Source of the DNA: Comamonadaceae bacterium
GTDB lineage: Bacteria > Pseudomonadota > Gammaproteobacteria > Burkholderiales > Burkholderiaceae_C
Direction: 5' to 3'
Length of the DNA stretch: 24,000 nucleotides
Assembly (NCBI GenBank): GCA_027485235.1
Contig: JAIXRJ010000018.1
Coordinates: 11,389-35,388, forward strand
Position numbers and translations under genes: made by a program. This document shows positions 1-8,097 of this stretch, piece after piece. The notes beneath the pieces were generated by a model. It did not search any database. It was not told the DNA's origin and saw only the letters and a program-made list of their open reading frames with translations. Each line of letters begins with the position of its first letter. Within the stretch, counting starts at the first letter, position 1.

Positions 1-1216
1 CTTGCGTGAGCGAGAGCGACAACACCGCGTCGCGCAGCAACCTGAAGCCGGGGCTGGGCGGTGCCATGAAGCGGGTGCTTTTGCCTGCCTCGGTGATGAT
101 TTCGCGGGCCGCGCCCACGCGCTCGGTGCTGTGGTTGGCCAGCAACTGGGGGCCCGTCAAGCCTTTGGCCACAAAGGCCAAGTGCCAGCCCAGCGACTGC
201 GCATCCTGGAAGGCCGTGTTCGCACCGCGCACCCCAAAGATGGGCAACAGGTGCGCGGCGTCACCGGTGAAGATGACACTGCCGTGTACAAAGTTGGGCA
301 GCGTGAGCGTGCGGGCCGAATAAACCGAGGACCAATCCAGGGTCCAAGGTGCGCCCGCGTGGCCGATCATGGCCAGTTGCGCGTCGATGCGGGCTTTGAG
401 CGAAGCTGGGCGCAGCGCATCTTCGGGCGTCTCGCCCGGTGGCAGTTGGTAGTCCACGCGCCAAATGCCATGGGGCTCGCGGTGCATCAAGACGGTGTTG
501 CCGGGGTTCCACTCGGGGTCAAAAAAAGCCAGGCGTTCGGTGGGCAGGGGCAGGTCGACCTGGATGTCGGCGATCACAAAAAAACCTTCGTAAGACGCGC
601 CTTCCATGGGAAGGTTCATCGCGCTGCGGATGGTCGATCGGCCACCGTCGGCGGCCACCACCCAGTCGCTCTCCAGTGCATAAAAGCCCTCGGGCGTGTC
701 CACTTCCAATTGCGCGCAGCCGTCTTTTTGCAGCACAGCGTTGACTTTGTTGCCCCAGCGGACATCGATCAGCGGGTGGGCCTTGCAAGCGTCGTGCAGG
801 TATTCCTCCACGAATTGCTGTTGCACATTGGTGATCGGAAAAAACCGGTCGTCCGGGTCGTGCGCTGCCTCCATGCGGAACACGCGTTGGCCGCGGTAAA
901 AGGAGTTGCCAAAGCGCCAGGGCAAACCGCCCGCCGTCATGCGCTCGGCCACGCCCACCTGCTGCAGGATTTCCATCGAGCGGCGGGTGAAACAGATGGC
1001 CCGGCTGCCTTGCGAGAACTGCAGCTCGGCCGACAGCACCACGCTGGGCACGCCGTGGCGCGCCAACTCCAGCGCCGTGACCATGCCTGCAGGGCCAGCG
1101 CCCACGATCACGACTTTTTTTCGGTCTTGCTGGGGGTGTGCCGAGGCCAGCCAAGGCTTGAAAACCTCGTAGCTGTAGTAAATCGATGGACGCGTTTCGG
1201 TGCTGGGGGTGTGCAT
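1..1216 (-). CDS. FAD-dependent aromatic-ring monooxygenase (class A flavoprotein hydroxylase, PheA/TfdB/MhpA-like); C-terminus cut by the window edge
   Basis: Absent from the ORF track because it has no in-window stop. Reverse-complement reading from the ATG at 1216-1214 gives MHTPSTETRPSIYYSYEVFKPWLASAHPQQDRKKVVIVGAGPAGMVTALELARHG... It carries the GxGxxG dinucleotide fold (VVIVGAGPAG), the DG motif (VVAADGGRSTIRS) and the GD motif (FTGDAAHLLPIFGVRGANTAFQDAQSLGW). The frame stays open to position 1. Confidence 0.85.
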   Translation of the reverse strand, partial: MHTPSTETRPSIYYSYEVFKPWLASAHPQQDRKKVVIVGAGPAGMVTALELARHGVPSVVLSAELQFSQGSRAICFTRRSMEILQQVGVAERMTAGGLPWRFGNSFYRGQRVFRMEAAHDPDDRFFPITNVQQQFVEEYLHDACKAHPLIDVRWGNKVNAVLQKDGCAQLEVDTPEGFYALESDWVVAADGGRSTIRSAMNLPMEGASYEGFFVIADIQVDLPLPTERLAFFDPEWNPGNTVLMHREPHGIWRVDYQLPPGETPEDALRPASLKARIDAQLAMIGHAGAPWTLDWSSVYSARTLTLPNFVHGSVIFTGDAAHLLPIFGVRGANTAFQDAQSLGWHLAFVAKGLTGPQLLANHSTERVGAAREIITEAGKSTRFMAPPSPGFRLLRDAVLSLSLTQ

Positions 1217-1239
1217 GGGGTGTTGTCGTTTGACCGTAT

Positions 1240-1734
1240 TCAGTGAGGGGGCGTGTCCGCAGCAGCACCTGGCCGGGCGTGTGCAATCAGCCGGTCGAAC
1301 AGGCCGCTCAATGTGGCTTGGTCCTGGTCGGTCAGGCAGCCAAAAATGTCCTGGTTGCGTTGGTGCACCATGGCCATGGCGCGCTCAAACACCTGCCGCC
1401 CGGCGGGCGTCAGCGTCAACACCACGCCCCGGCCATCCCCGGGGTGGTCGGCTTTGAGCACCAGGTGCTGGTCCACCAAAGCCTGTGCAGCGCGGCTGGC
1501 CTGGCCTTTGTTGAGGTTGGCCTTGTCGGCCAGCTCTTTCACCGACAAAGGTTCAAAAGTGCCAATGGTGGTCAGGCACCGCCCGTCGCTCATCGACAGG
1601 CCCGTGCGCTCTGGATAGACCGACTGGCTGTCCATGTCGGTCATCTTGTGCAGTTGGTGCAAGCGGTAGGTCAGCGTGCGGTCGAGTGGCACGGCGGGCG
1701 TGCCGGCACTGGGCGGTTTGGGGGGTGTGGTCAT
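1240..1734 (-). CDS. MarR family transcriptional regulator
   Basis: The ORF 1240..1785 translation has a winged-HTH MarR core (LSVKELADKANLNKGQASRAAQALVDQHLVLKADHPGDGRGVVLTLTPAGRQVFE). The listed start at 1785 is a TTG. The first ATG (MTTPPKP) is at 1734 and leaves the upstream palindrome outside the CDS. The stop lies 23 bp upstream of the monooxygenase start, so an operon is likely. Confidence 0.85.
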   Translation of the reverse strand: MTTPPKPPSAGTPAVPLDRTLTYRLHQLHKMTDMDSQSVYPERTGLSMSDGRCLTTIGTFEPLSVKELADKANLNKGQASRAAQALVDQHLVLKADHPGDGRGVVLTLTPAGRQVFERAMAMVHQRNQDIFGCLTDQDQATLSGLFDRLIAHARPGAAADTPPH

Positions 1735-1771
1735 GGGCCAAGTGGGTTTTGGCCGGATTGTAGAGCAAACT

Positions 1772-1787
1772 GGTTGCGTGCGCAACC
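1772..1787. promoter_or_regulatory. Inverted repeat GGTTGCG-N2-CGCAACC, candidate MarR operator
   Basis: 7-bp perfect arms read directly from the sequence, about 40 bp upstream of the marR ATG. MarR proteins bind short palindromes in their own promoters. Confidence 0.3.
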
Positions 1788-1849
1788 AAGTTGCCCGTCC
1801 AGTTGCCCGCTTCCGGAATCCAGGGAAAGACTGAGGTCTTGTAAATTAA

Positions 1850-1864
1850 TAACGCCTGGCGTTA
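1850..1864. promoter_or_regulatory. 15-bp palindrome TAACGCC-T-GGCGTTA, candidate HigA operator inside the higBA promoter
   Basis: Perfect 7-bp arms. It sits between a -35-like TTGTAA (1839-1844) and a -10-like TACCAT (1863-1868), immediately upstream of the higB ATG at 1875. Confidence 0.4.
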
Positions 1865-1874
1865 CCATGCTGAC

Positions 1875-2156
1875 ATGGCGATCCGCTCTTTTTTATGCAA
1901 CGACACGCAAAAGCTGTTTGAAGGGGTGCGCGTGGCACCTTGGGTGGCCATCGAACGCCCGGCTTTGCGAAAACTGGCGCAATTGGAATGGTCAGCCGTG
2001 CTGGACGATCTGAGAGCACCGCCCGGCAACCGGCTGGAGGCGCTCAAAGGCGACCGGAAAGGTCTGCACAGCATCCGCATCAATGACCAGTGGCGTGTGT
2101 GCTTTCGATGGACGGCAGAAGGCGCATTCGATGTAGAAATTGTCGACTATCACTGA
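1875..2156 (+). CDS. higB: Type II toxin, HigB-like (RelE/ParE superfamily, plasmid maintenance system killer family)
   Basis: 93 aa. MAIRSFLCNDTQKLFEG...LEALKGDRKGLHSIRINDQWRVCFRWTAEGAFDVEIVDYH is the characteristic HigB-family pattern (LKGDR.G..SIRIN.QWR..F.W......V.I.DYH). It lies upstream of an HTH antitoxin, which is the toxin-first higBA order. Confidence 0.85.
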   Translation: MAIRSFLCNDTQKLFEGVRVAPWVAIERPALRKLAQLEWSAVLDDLRAPPGNRLEALKGDRKGLHSIRINDQWRVCFRWTAEGAFDVEIVDYH

Positions 2157-2172
2157 ATCAAGGAGAACCCAT

Positions 2173-2472
2173 ATGAGAACCGTTGCACCTGTGACACCCG
2201 GCGAAATGCTGGAAGAAGAATTTCTCAAGCCTTTGGGTCTGAGTAAATACCGCCTGGCCAAAGACATTGGCGTGCCCGCACAGCGCATCGGTGACATCGT
2301 GGCGGGCAAGCGTTCCATCACCGCCGACACGGACTTGCGCTTGTGCCGCTATTTTGGATTGAGCGATGGCTGGTGGCTGAGGGGTCAGAGCAATTACGAC
2401 ATGGCTGTGGCGCGCGAAAAAATGGGTGAAGCCTTGTCGAAGATTCAGCGTTGTGCTTTGTTGGCCGCTTGA
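2173..2472 (+). CDS. higA: Type II antitoxin HigA (XRE-family HTH)
   Basis: MRTVAPVTPGEMLEEEFLKPLGLSKYRLAKDIGVPAQRIGDIVAGKRSITADTDLRLCRYFGLSDGWWL matches the HigA antidote family signature (HPGE.L.EEFL.P.G.S...LA..IGV....I..I..G.R.IT.D.ALRL...FG). The start was moved from the track's 2140 to the ATG at 2173, which follows the SD AAGGAGA (2161-2167). Confidence 0.85.
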   Translation: MRTVAPVTPGEMLEEEFLKPLGLSKYRLAKDIGVPAQRIGDIVAGKRSITADTDLRLCRYFGLSDGWWLRGQSNYDMAVAREKMGEALSKIQRCALLAA

Positions 2473-2483
2473 CCTGGAGCAAG

Positions 2484-2930
2484 ATGTTGTTGCAAGAACC
2501 CATCAGGCAGTTGGCGCAATCCAGCGTTTTGTGCTGGCTGGCCACAGTGGATGCTTTCGGGCAGCCCCATGTGTCGCCTAAAGAGGTGTTTGCGATGGTG
2601 GATGACCAGCATGTGGTGATTGCGAACATCGCCTCTCCGCACACCGTGCGCAACATCGCCACCAACCCCAAGGTGGGCCTGAGCTTTGTGGATGTGTTTG
2701 TGCAAAAAGGCTTCAAGCTTCAGGGCTTGGCCCGCACCGTGGCGACAGGTGACGCCGACTATTCAATCTGGGCAGGTCCGTTGGAGCGGATGGTTGAAGG
2801 GAAATTCAACATCTTGAGCGCCATCGTGCTGCAGGTGCAGTCGGTCGACCCGATCCTGGCACCGAGTTACCGGTTGTATCCCCAAGAAACCAACGAACAG
2901 GGGCAAGTGGACGCCGCCATGCGCAGGTAA
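2484..2930 (+). CDS. Pyridoxamine 5'-phosphate oxidase-family (FMN-binding split-barrel) protein
   Basis: MLLQEPIRQLAQSSVLCWLATVDAFGQPHVSPKEVFAMVDDQHVVIANIASPHTVRNIATNPKVGLSFVD is the typical PNPOx-like N-terminal pattern. The start is placed at the ATG at 2484, just after the higA stop. The exact start is uncertain. Confidence 0.7.
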   Translation: MLLQEPIRQLAQSSVLCWLATVDAFGQPHVSPKEVFAMVDDQHVVIANIASPHTVRNIATNPKVGLSFVDVFVQKGFKLQGLARTVATGDADYSIWAGPLERMVEGKFNILSAIVLQVQSVDPILAPSYRLYPQETNEQGQVDAAMRR

Positions 2931-2963
2931 GGCGTCAAGCCCCGGGATTGAGGCTCCGACCGT

Positions 2964-4472
2964 TCAGAACCTTGGCAAATCCGGGTGCTTGATCGCCCCC
3001 GCCCGCACCAGCATGCGGCCGTATTCGGCGCAGCGGTTCAGCGTCGGGATGACCTTGCCGGGGTTGAGCAGGCCACGCGGGTCAAAAGCGCGTTTGACTG
3101 CAAACATCTGCTCGTTTTCTTCGGCGCTGAACTGCACGCACATGCTGTTGACCTTCTCGATGCCCACGCCGTGCTCGCCCGTGACGGTGCCGCCCATGGC
3201 CACACTGGTTTCCAGAATCTCGGCACCAAACAGCTCGCAGCGGCGCAGTTGGTCGGCGTCGTTCGCATCGAACAAGATCAGCGGGTGCAGGTTGCCGTCG
3301 CCCGCGTGGAACACGTTCAGACAGCGCAGCGCGTATTTGGTTTCCATCTCGGAAATCGCTTGCAGGATGTCGGCCAGGCGCTTGCGCGGGATGGTCGAGT
3401 CCATGCACATGTAATCGGGACTGATGCGGCCCGACGCCGGGAAGGCGTTTTTGCGGCCGCTCCAGAATTTGAGGCGCTGGGCTTCGTCGCGACTCACCGT
3501 GATGGCGGTCGCGCCGCAGCCGCGGAGCACTTCGCTCATGCGACCGATTTCTTCTTCCACCTCTTCGGGCGTGCCGTCGCTCTCGCACAGCAAAATGGCT
3601 GCAGCGCTCAGGTCGTAACCGGCGTGCACAAAGTCTTCGACCGCGATGGTCATGGGGCCGTCCATCATCTCCAGCCCTGCCGGGATGATGCCCGCAGCGA
3701 TGACCGCCGCCACCGCATCACCGGCTTTGCGCACGTCGTCAAAGCTGGCCATGATGCAACGTGCCAGTTGGGGTTTGGGCACCAGCTTGACGGTGACCTC
3801 GGTGGTCACCGCCAACATGCCTTCGCTGCCCACCAGCACAGCCAGCAGGTCGTAGCCCGAGGTGTCGAGCGCGTCGCTGCCAAATTCAATCGGGTCGCCT
3901 TCGATGGTGAAGCCACGCACTTTGAGCACGTTGTGGACGGTGAGACCGTATTTGAGGCAGTGCACACCGCCCGAGTTTTCGGCCACGTTGCCACCGATCG
4001 TGCAGGCGATCTGGCTGGACGGATCAGGGGCGTAATACAGGCCGTAGGGCGCGGCCGCCTCACTGATGGCCAGGTTGCGCACGCCGCACTGCACCACGGC
4101 CGTGCAGCTCACCGGGTCGACGGTTTTGATTTGGTTGAAGCGCGCCATCGACAGCGTCACGCCCAAGCGGTGCGGCATGGCCCCGCCCGACAGGCCCGTG
4201 CCCGCGCCGCGGGCCACCACCGGCACTTGCAGGTCGTGGCAAATTTTCAGCACAGCTTGTACTTGTGCCTCGGTCTCGGGGAGGACCACCACCAGCGGCC
4301 GCTCGCGGTAGGCGGTCAGGCCGTCGCACTCATACGGCGTGGTGTCTTCGGGGGTGTAAAGGATGGCGTCAGACGGCAACACCCGGCCCAAGGCTTGCAC
4401 CACGGTGCGTTGGCGCTCGGCACGTTCGGTGGCGGTCAGTTGCTGCGTTTCGGCGGGGGTGTGGGCGCTCAT
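2964..4472 (-). CDS. glcD: FAD-linked oxidase, glycolate oxidase subunit GlcD-like (D-2-hydroxyacid dehydrogenase family)
   Basis: About 500 aa from the ATG at 4472 (MSAHTPAE...). It has an FAD-binding PCMH domain (PLVVVLPETEAQVQAVLKICHDLQVPVVARGAGTGLSGGAMP) and a GlcD-like C-terminus (TVTGEHGVGIEKVNSMCVQFSAEENEQMFAVKRAFDPRGLLNPGKV). The listed start at 4514 is a TTG extension. Confidence 0.85.
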   Translation of the reverse strand: MSAHTPAETQQLTATERAERQRTVVQALGRVLPSDAILYTPEDTTPYECDGLTAYRERPLVVVLPETEAQVQAVLKICHDLQVPVVARGAGTGLSGGAMPHRLGVTLSMARFNQIKTVDPVSCTAVVQCGVRNLAISEAAAPYGLYYAPDPSSQIACTIGGNVAENSGGVHCLKYGLTVHNVLKVRGFTIEGDPIEFGSDALDTSGYDLLAVLVGSEGMLAVTTEVTVKLVPKPQLARCIMASFDDVRKAGDAVAAVIAAGIIPAGLEMMDGPMTIAVEDFVHAGYDLSAAAILLCESDGTPEEVEEEIGRMSEVLRGCGATAITVSRDEAQRLKFWSGRKNAFPASGRISPDYMCMDSTIPRKRLADILQAISEMETKYALRCLNVFHAGDGNLHPLILFDANDADQLRRCELFGAEILETSVAMGGTVTGEHGVGIEKVNSMCVQFSAEENEQMFAVKRAFDPRGLLNPGKVIPTLNRCAEYGRMLVRAGAIKHPDLPRF

Positions 4473-4702
4473 GGCATGAAAACTTGAAAAAGGATGGCTC
4501 AACTGTAAGCCCAAGCTCGGGGCACAGGGCTGAAGAAACTTTGATGAAGCTGTGAATTTAGCCCAGGACCCTTTGGGAAGTGGCAGCCGGTCAGCGTGGC
4601 CATCTCGCAGGAGCTGAACTTATTCGACGATCCGTAGCCCCCCAGCACTTGAATCGCCCGACCATTGACGCTCTCTCAAGGATCGTGAATGGCTGCGAAG
4701 AC

Positions 4703-5584
4703 TCAAGCCAGCGCTTTTTTCAGCCAGTCAGCAAAGGTGGCGCATTCCCAACGCTCCATGGTGCCGGTGCGCCAGCACAGGTAGTGGGCGTGCGGGCTGG
4801 GCACGCTGCGTTCGAACAGGCGCACCAGTTGTCCGCTTTCCAGCCAGGGGGCACCCAGCTTGGTGCGGATCAGGCCCACACCCAAGCCTTGGGCGGCGGC
4901 GTCGCACATCAGACCAATGTCGTTGAACGAGGATCCGTCGATGGGCTCGGGCCAGTCCAGGTCATGCGCGGCGAACCAGGTGCGCCAAGGCTCCAGCGGG
5001 CTGCGCAACAGCGCCACCTGTTGCAGGTCTTCAGCGCTGGCAAAGGGACCGTTCTCGCGCAACCAAGCGGGCGAGGCCAAAGGCGTGACCTCGTCTTTGG
5101 CCAGGCACACATGCTCCACATCCGAGTAGCGGCCGGTGCCAAAACGCACCGTCAGGTCGGCGTCTTCGGCCACCACGTCCAGCAAAGGGATGCTCACTTG
5201 CAGGGTGATGTCGATCTCGGGGTAGGCGTCCAGAAAGTGCTTGAGCCGCGGCATCAAGATCGAGCGGGCAAAGGTGGGCGTGACCGCCAGGCGCAATTTG
5301 CGGCGCCCGGGGGTGTTGCTGGCGCTGGGAAAGCGCTGCAGCGACACCAGGCCTTCACGCACATGGGCCAGGTATTCGTTGCCTTCGGTGGTGAGGGAAA
5401 AATCGGCTCGGCCAAACAGCTTGGTGCCAATGATTTGCTCCAGCTGCTTGACCCGGTGGCTCACGGCGCTGGGTGTGACGCACAACTCTTCGGCCGCTTG
5501 GGTCACGCTGCGCAAGCGCGCCAAGGCCTCAAAGGTCAAGAGGCACTGGATGGGCGGGATGCGCGATGTGTTGGATGCGGCCAT
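4703..5584 (-). CDS. LysR family transcriptional regulator (GcvA/AmpR-like subgroup)
   Basis: N-terminal HTH IPPIQCLLTFEALARLRSVTQAAEELCVTPSAVSHRVKQLEQIIGTKLFGR. The 293-aa length and the C-terminal substrate-binding domain are typical of LTTRs. Confidence 0.9.
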   Translation of the reverse strand: MAASNTSRIPPIQCLLTFEALARLRSVTQAAEELCVTPSAVSHRVKQLEQIIGTKLFGRADFSLTTEGNEYLAHVREGLVSLQRFPSASNTPGRRKLRLAVTPTFARSILMPRLKHFLDAYPEIDITLQVSIPLLDVVAEDADLTVRFGTGRYSDVEHVCLAKDEVTPLASPAWLRENGPFASAEDLQQVALLRSPLEPWRTWFAAHDLDWPEPIDGSSFNDIGLMCDAAAQGLGVGLIRTKLGAPWLESGQLVRLFERSVPSPHAHYLCWRTGTMERWECATFADWLKKALA

Positions 5585-5598
5585 GAGGGTGCAGTCAG

Positions 5599-5676
5599 TC
5601 GGTTGGGGACAGAGCTGAAGATCTGTCCCGCAAAGCTCAATCGGTTGGGGACGGAGCTGAAGATCTGTCCCGCAAA
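5599..5676. repeat. Two tandem copies (period 42 bp) of a 36-bp unit, each holding a 7-bp-stem hairpin
   Basis: Copy 1 at 5599-5634 is TCGGTTGGGGACAGAGCTGAAGATCTGTCCCGCAAA. Copy 2 at 5641-5676 is identical except for one A>G change. Each copy contains GGGACAG-N10-CTGTCCC. The pair fills the gap between the purU stop (5682) and the lysR start (5584). Confidence 0.85.
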
Positions 5677-5681
5677 AATGT

Positions 5682-6530
5682 TCATTTGAAAATCACCGTT
5701 TTGTGGCCGTTGATCAAAACACGGTGCTCGCTGTGCCATTTGACGGCGCGGGCCAGCACCTGGCTTTCGGTGTCGCGGCCGATGGTGGTCAGGTCTTCCA
5801 CCGTCTTGCTGTGGTCCACACGGGCCACGTCCTGCTCGATGATCGGGCCTTCGTCCAGATCGGCCGTCACGTAGTGGGCGGTGGCACCGATCAGCTTCAC
5901 GCCCCTCTCGTGCGCTTGGTAATAAGGCTTGGCCCCTTTGAAACTGGGCAAAAAGCTGTGGTGGATGTTGATGGCGCGACCGGCCAGCTTGCGGCACAGG
6001 TCGTCACTCAGGATTTGCATGTAGCGGGCCAGCACCACCAGCTCGGCCTCCTCGGCTTGGATGATGTCGTGCTGTTTGGCCTCGGCCAGGGCCTTGTTGT
6101 CTTTGCTCACCGGGATGTGGTGAAACGGCACGTTGTAACTGGCCGCCAGTTGGTAAAACTCACGGTGGTTGCTCACGATGGCGCGGATGTCCAATGGCAG
6201 CAGGCCGCTCTTCCAGCGGAACAACAGGTCGTTCAGGCAATGGCCTTCTTTGCTGACCATGAGCACGGTGCGCATGGGCTGGGCGGTGGCGTGCAGGGCC
6301 CATTTCATGGCAAAGGTTTGGGCAAACACGCCCCACTGCGCATTCAGCGCCGCGCCGTCTGCTTGAGCACAGGCGAATTGCACCCGCATGAAGAACAGGC
6401 CCGTGTCCTGGTCGTTGTATTGGGCCGCTTCTTCGATGTTGCCCCCGCGCTCCAGCAAAAAACCCGACACAGCATGCACGATGCCGGTGCGGTCGGGGCA
6501 AGAGAGGGTCAGGATGTAGGTGGTGGTCAT
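5682..6530 (-). CDS. purU: Formyltetrahydrofolate deformylase
   Basis: N-terminal ACT domain (MTTTYILTLSCPDRTGIVHAVSGFLLERGGNIEEAAQY) followed by a formyltransferase domain (LVVLARYMQILSDDLCRKLAGRAINIHHSFLPSFKGAKPYYQAHERGVKLIGATAHYVT). The start is trimmed to the ATG at 6530. Confidence 0.92.
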   Translation of the reverse strand: MTTTYILTLSCPDRTGIVHAVSGFLLERGGNIEEAAQYNDQDTGLFFMRVQFACAQADGAALNAQWGVFAQTFAMKWALHATAQPMRTVLMVSKEGHCLNDLLFRWKSGLLPLDIRAIVSNHREFYQLAASYNVPFHHIPVSKDNKALAEAKQHDIIQAEEAELVVLARYMQILSDDLCRKLAGRAINIHHSFLPSFKGAKPYYQAHERGVKLIGATAHYVTADLDEGPIIEQDVARVDHSKTVEDLTTIGRDTESQVLARAVKWHSEHRVLINGHKTVIFK

Positions 6531-6693
6531 GGTCAATGCGCAACAGGGCTGGGGACAGCACAAGGGCAGCCGCAGCGGTCAATCAAATTGGACCTTATTG
6601 TAGAGAGCGCTGGGCTTGTCACCTGGGTTGGACCTGGGCTTGGGCGCGGGCTTTAAACTGGCAGATTGAATGCAGCCTCGAGGAGCATGCGCC

Positions 6694-8040
6694 ATGGCCC
6701 AGACCGAAATCCACAATGACTTGAACATGGACAACCAGTGGTTGCCGTTCACGCCCAACCGCACCTTCAAACAAGACCCACGCGTGTTCGTGGGCGCAGA
6801 AGGCATGCACTTCACCACCCACGACGGCAAAAAAGTCCTGGATGGCATTTCTAGCCTGTGGTGCGTGGGCGCAGGCCACAACCGCCGCCCGATCAACGAG
6901 GCCATCAAAAAGCAGTTGGACACCCTGGACTACGCCACCGCGTTTCAGGCCAGCAACGACAAGGCTTTCAAAGCCGCAGAGATGATCGCGGCCATGGCGC
7001 CGGGCGACCTGAACAAGGTGCTGTTTTGCAATTCCGGCTCGGAAGCCGCCGACACCGCCCTGAAAGTGGCGCTGGCCTACCACCGCGCACGGGGTGAAGG
7101 TCACCGCAACGTGTTCATTGGCCGCGAAAAGGCTTACCACGGCGTCAACTTCGGCGGCATGAGCGTGGGCGGCCTGCCCGCCAACCGCAAGGTGTACGGC
7201 GCGCAGCTGCTGCCGCGTGTGGACCACATGCGTTTCATCCACGACCCGGTGAACCATGCCTACATCCACCACGAAGAACCGGTGTGGGCGGAAGACCCGC
7301 TGCTGGAGCTGGAAAACCGCATCTTGGTGTTGCACGATCCGAGCAACATCGCGGCGGTGATCGTCGAGCCGATCGCGGGCAGCGCGGGCTGGTACATTCC
7401 GCCCAAAGGCTATGTGAAGCGCCTGCGCGAGATTTGCGACAAACACGGCATTTTGTTGATTTTTGACGAGGTGATCACCGGTTTTGGCCGATTGGGTGTG
7501 AACTTCGGCGCTGATTTTTATGGCGTGGTGCCTGACATGCTCAACTTCGCCAAGGCGGTGACCAACGGCGTGATCCCGCTGGGTGGCGTGATCTGCCGCG
7601 ACTTCATCTACGACGCCATGATGAACGCCAACTCGCCAGCCCACGCCATCGAGTTTTTCCACGGCTACACCTATTCCGGTCATCCGGTGGCTTGCGCCGC
7701 CGCCATTGCCACGCTCGACTTGATGAAGGAAGAAAACCTGTTTGCCCGCGCGGGCCTGCAAGGCAAGAAACTGGGCGAAGCGATGCACAGCGCCCTGAAG
7801 GGTTTGCCCCATGTGGTCGGCATCCGCACACTGGGCTTGGCTGGCGCGGTGGAACTGGCCAGCATCCCCGGCACGTCTGGCAAGCGGGCTTACGATGTCT
7901 TCATGGACTGTTTCCACCACGGCGTTTGGGTGCGCCCGGCAGGCGAGAACATCGTCATTTGCCCGCCCTACATTGTGGAAGACGCGCACATCGACCAGAT
8001 TGTGCAGACCGTGGCCGACAGCATCCGCCGCCATGCCTGA
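6694..8040 (+). CDS. Class-III PLP aminotransferase, omega-amino acid/beta-alanine:pyruvate transaminase-like
   Basis: NMDNQWLPFTPNRTFKQDPRVFVGAEGMHFTTHDGKKVLDGISSLWCVGAGHNRRPINEAI, FCNSGSEAADTALK and LLIFDEVITGFGRLG are class-III transaminase signatures. The SD GAGGAG (6680-6685) precedes the ATG at 6694. Confidence 0.88.
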   Translation: MAQTEIHNDLNMDNQWLPFTPNRTFKQDPRVFVGAEGMHFTTHDGKKVLDGISSLWCVGAGHNRRPINEAIKKQLDTLDYATAFQASNDKAFKAAEMIAAMAPGDLNKVLFCNSGSEAADTALKVALAYHRARGEGHRNVFIGREKAYHGVNFGGMSVGGLPANRKVYGAQLLPRVDHMRFIHDPVNHAYIHHEEPVWAEDPLLELENRILVLHDPSNIAAVIVEPIAGSAGWYIPPKGYVKRLREICDKHGILLIFDEVITGFGRLGVNFGADFYGVVPDMLNFAKAVTNGVIPLGGVICRDFIYDAMMNANSPAHAIEFFHGYTYSGHPVACAAAIATLDLMKEENLFARAGLQGKKLGEAMHSALKGLPHVVGIRTLGLAGAVELASIPGTSGKRAYDVFMDCFHHGVWVRPAGENIVICPPYIVEDAHIDQIVQTVADSIRRHA

Positions 8041-8064
8041 AACCCCGGCCTTGGATGGCACCCC

Positions 8065-8091
8065 GACCGCCCGTTTGGGCGGTCTTTTTTT
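8065..8091 (+). terminator. Rho-independent terminator after the aminotransferase gene
   Basis: GACCGCCC-GTTT-GGGCGGTC stem-loop followed by a T7 run, 25 bp after the stop codon. Confidence 0.8.
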
Positions 8092-8097
8092 GACCCC

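Noticed and set aside
6531-6693. A possible riboswitch (ZTP/pfl or glycine/THF type) upstream of purU, and the short CTGGG(C)TTG direct repeats at about 6611-6651.
   Set aside because: I could not find the conserved ZTP blocks (GGGUCGUGAC...CCGCCUGGGC) or other aptamer cores on the purU strand. The repeats are short and imperfect. The region is adequately explained as a divergent promoter region, with a TACAAT -10 candidate for purU.
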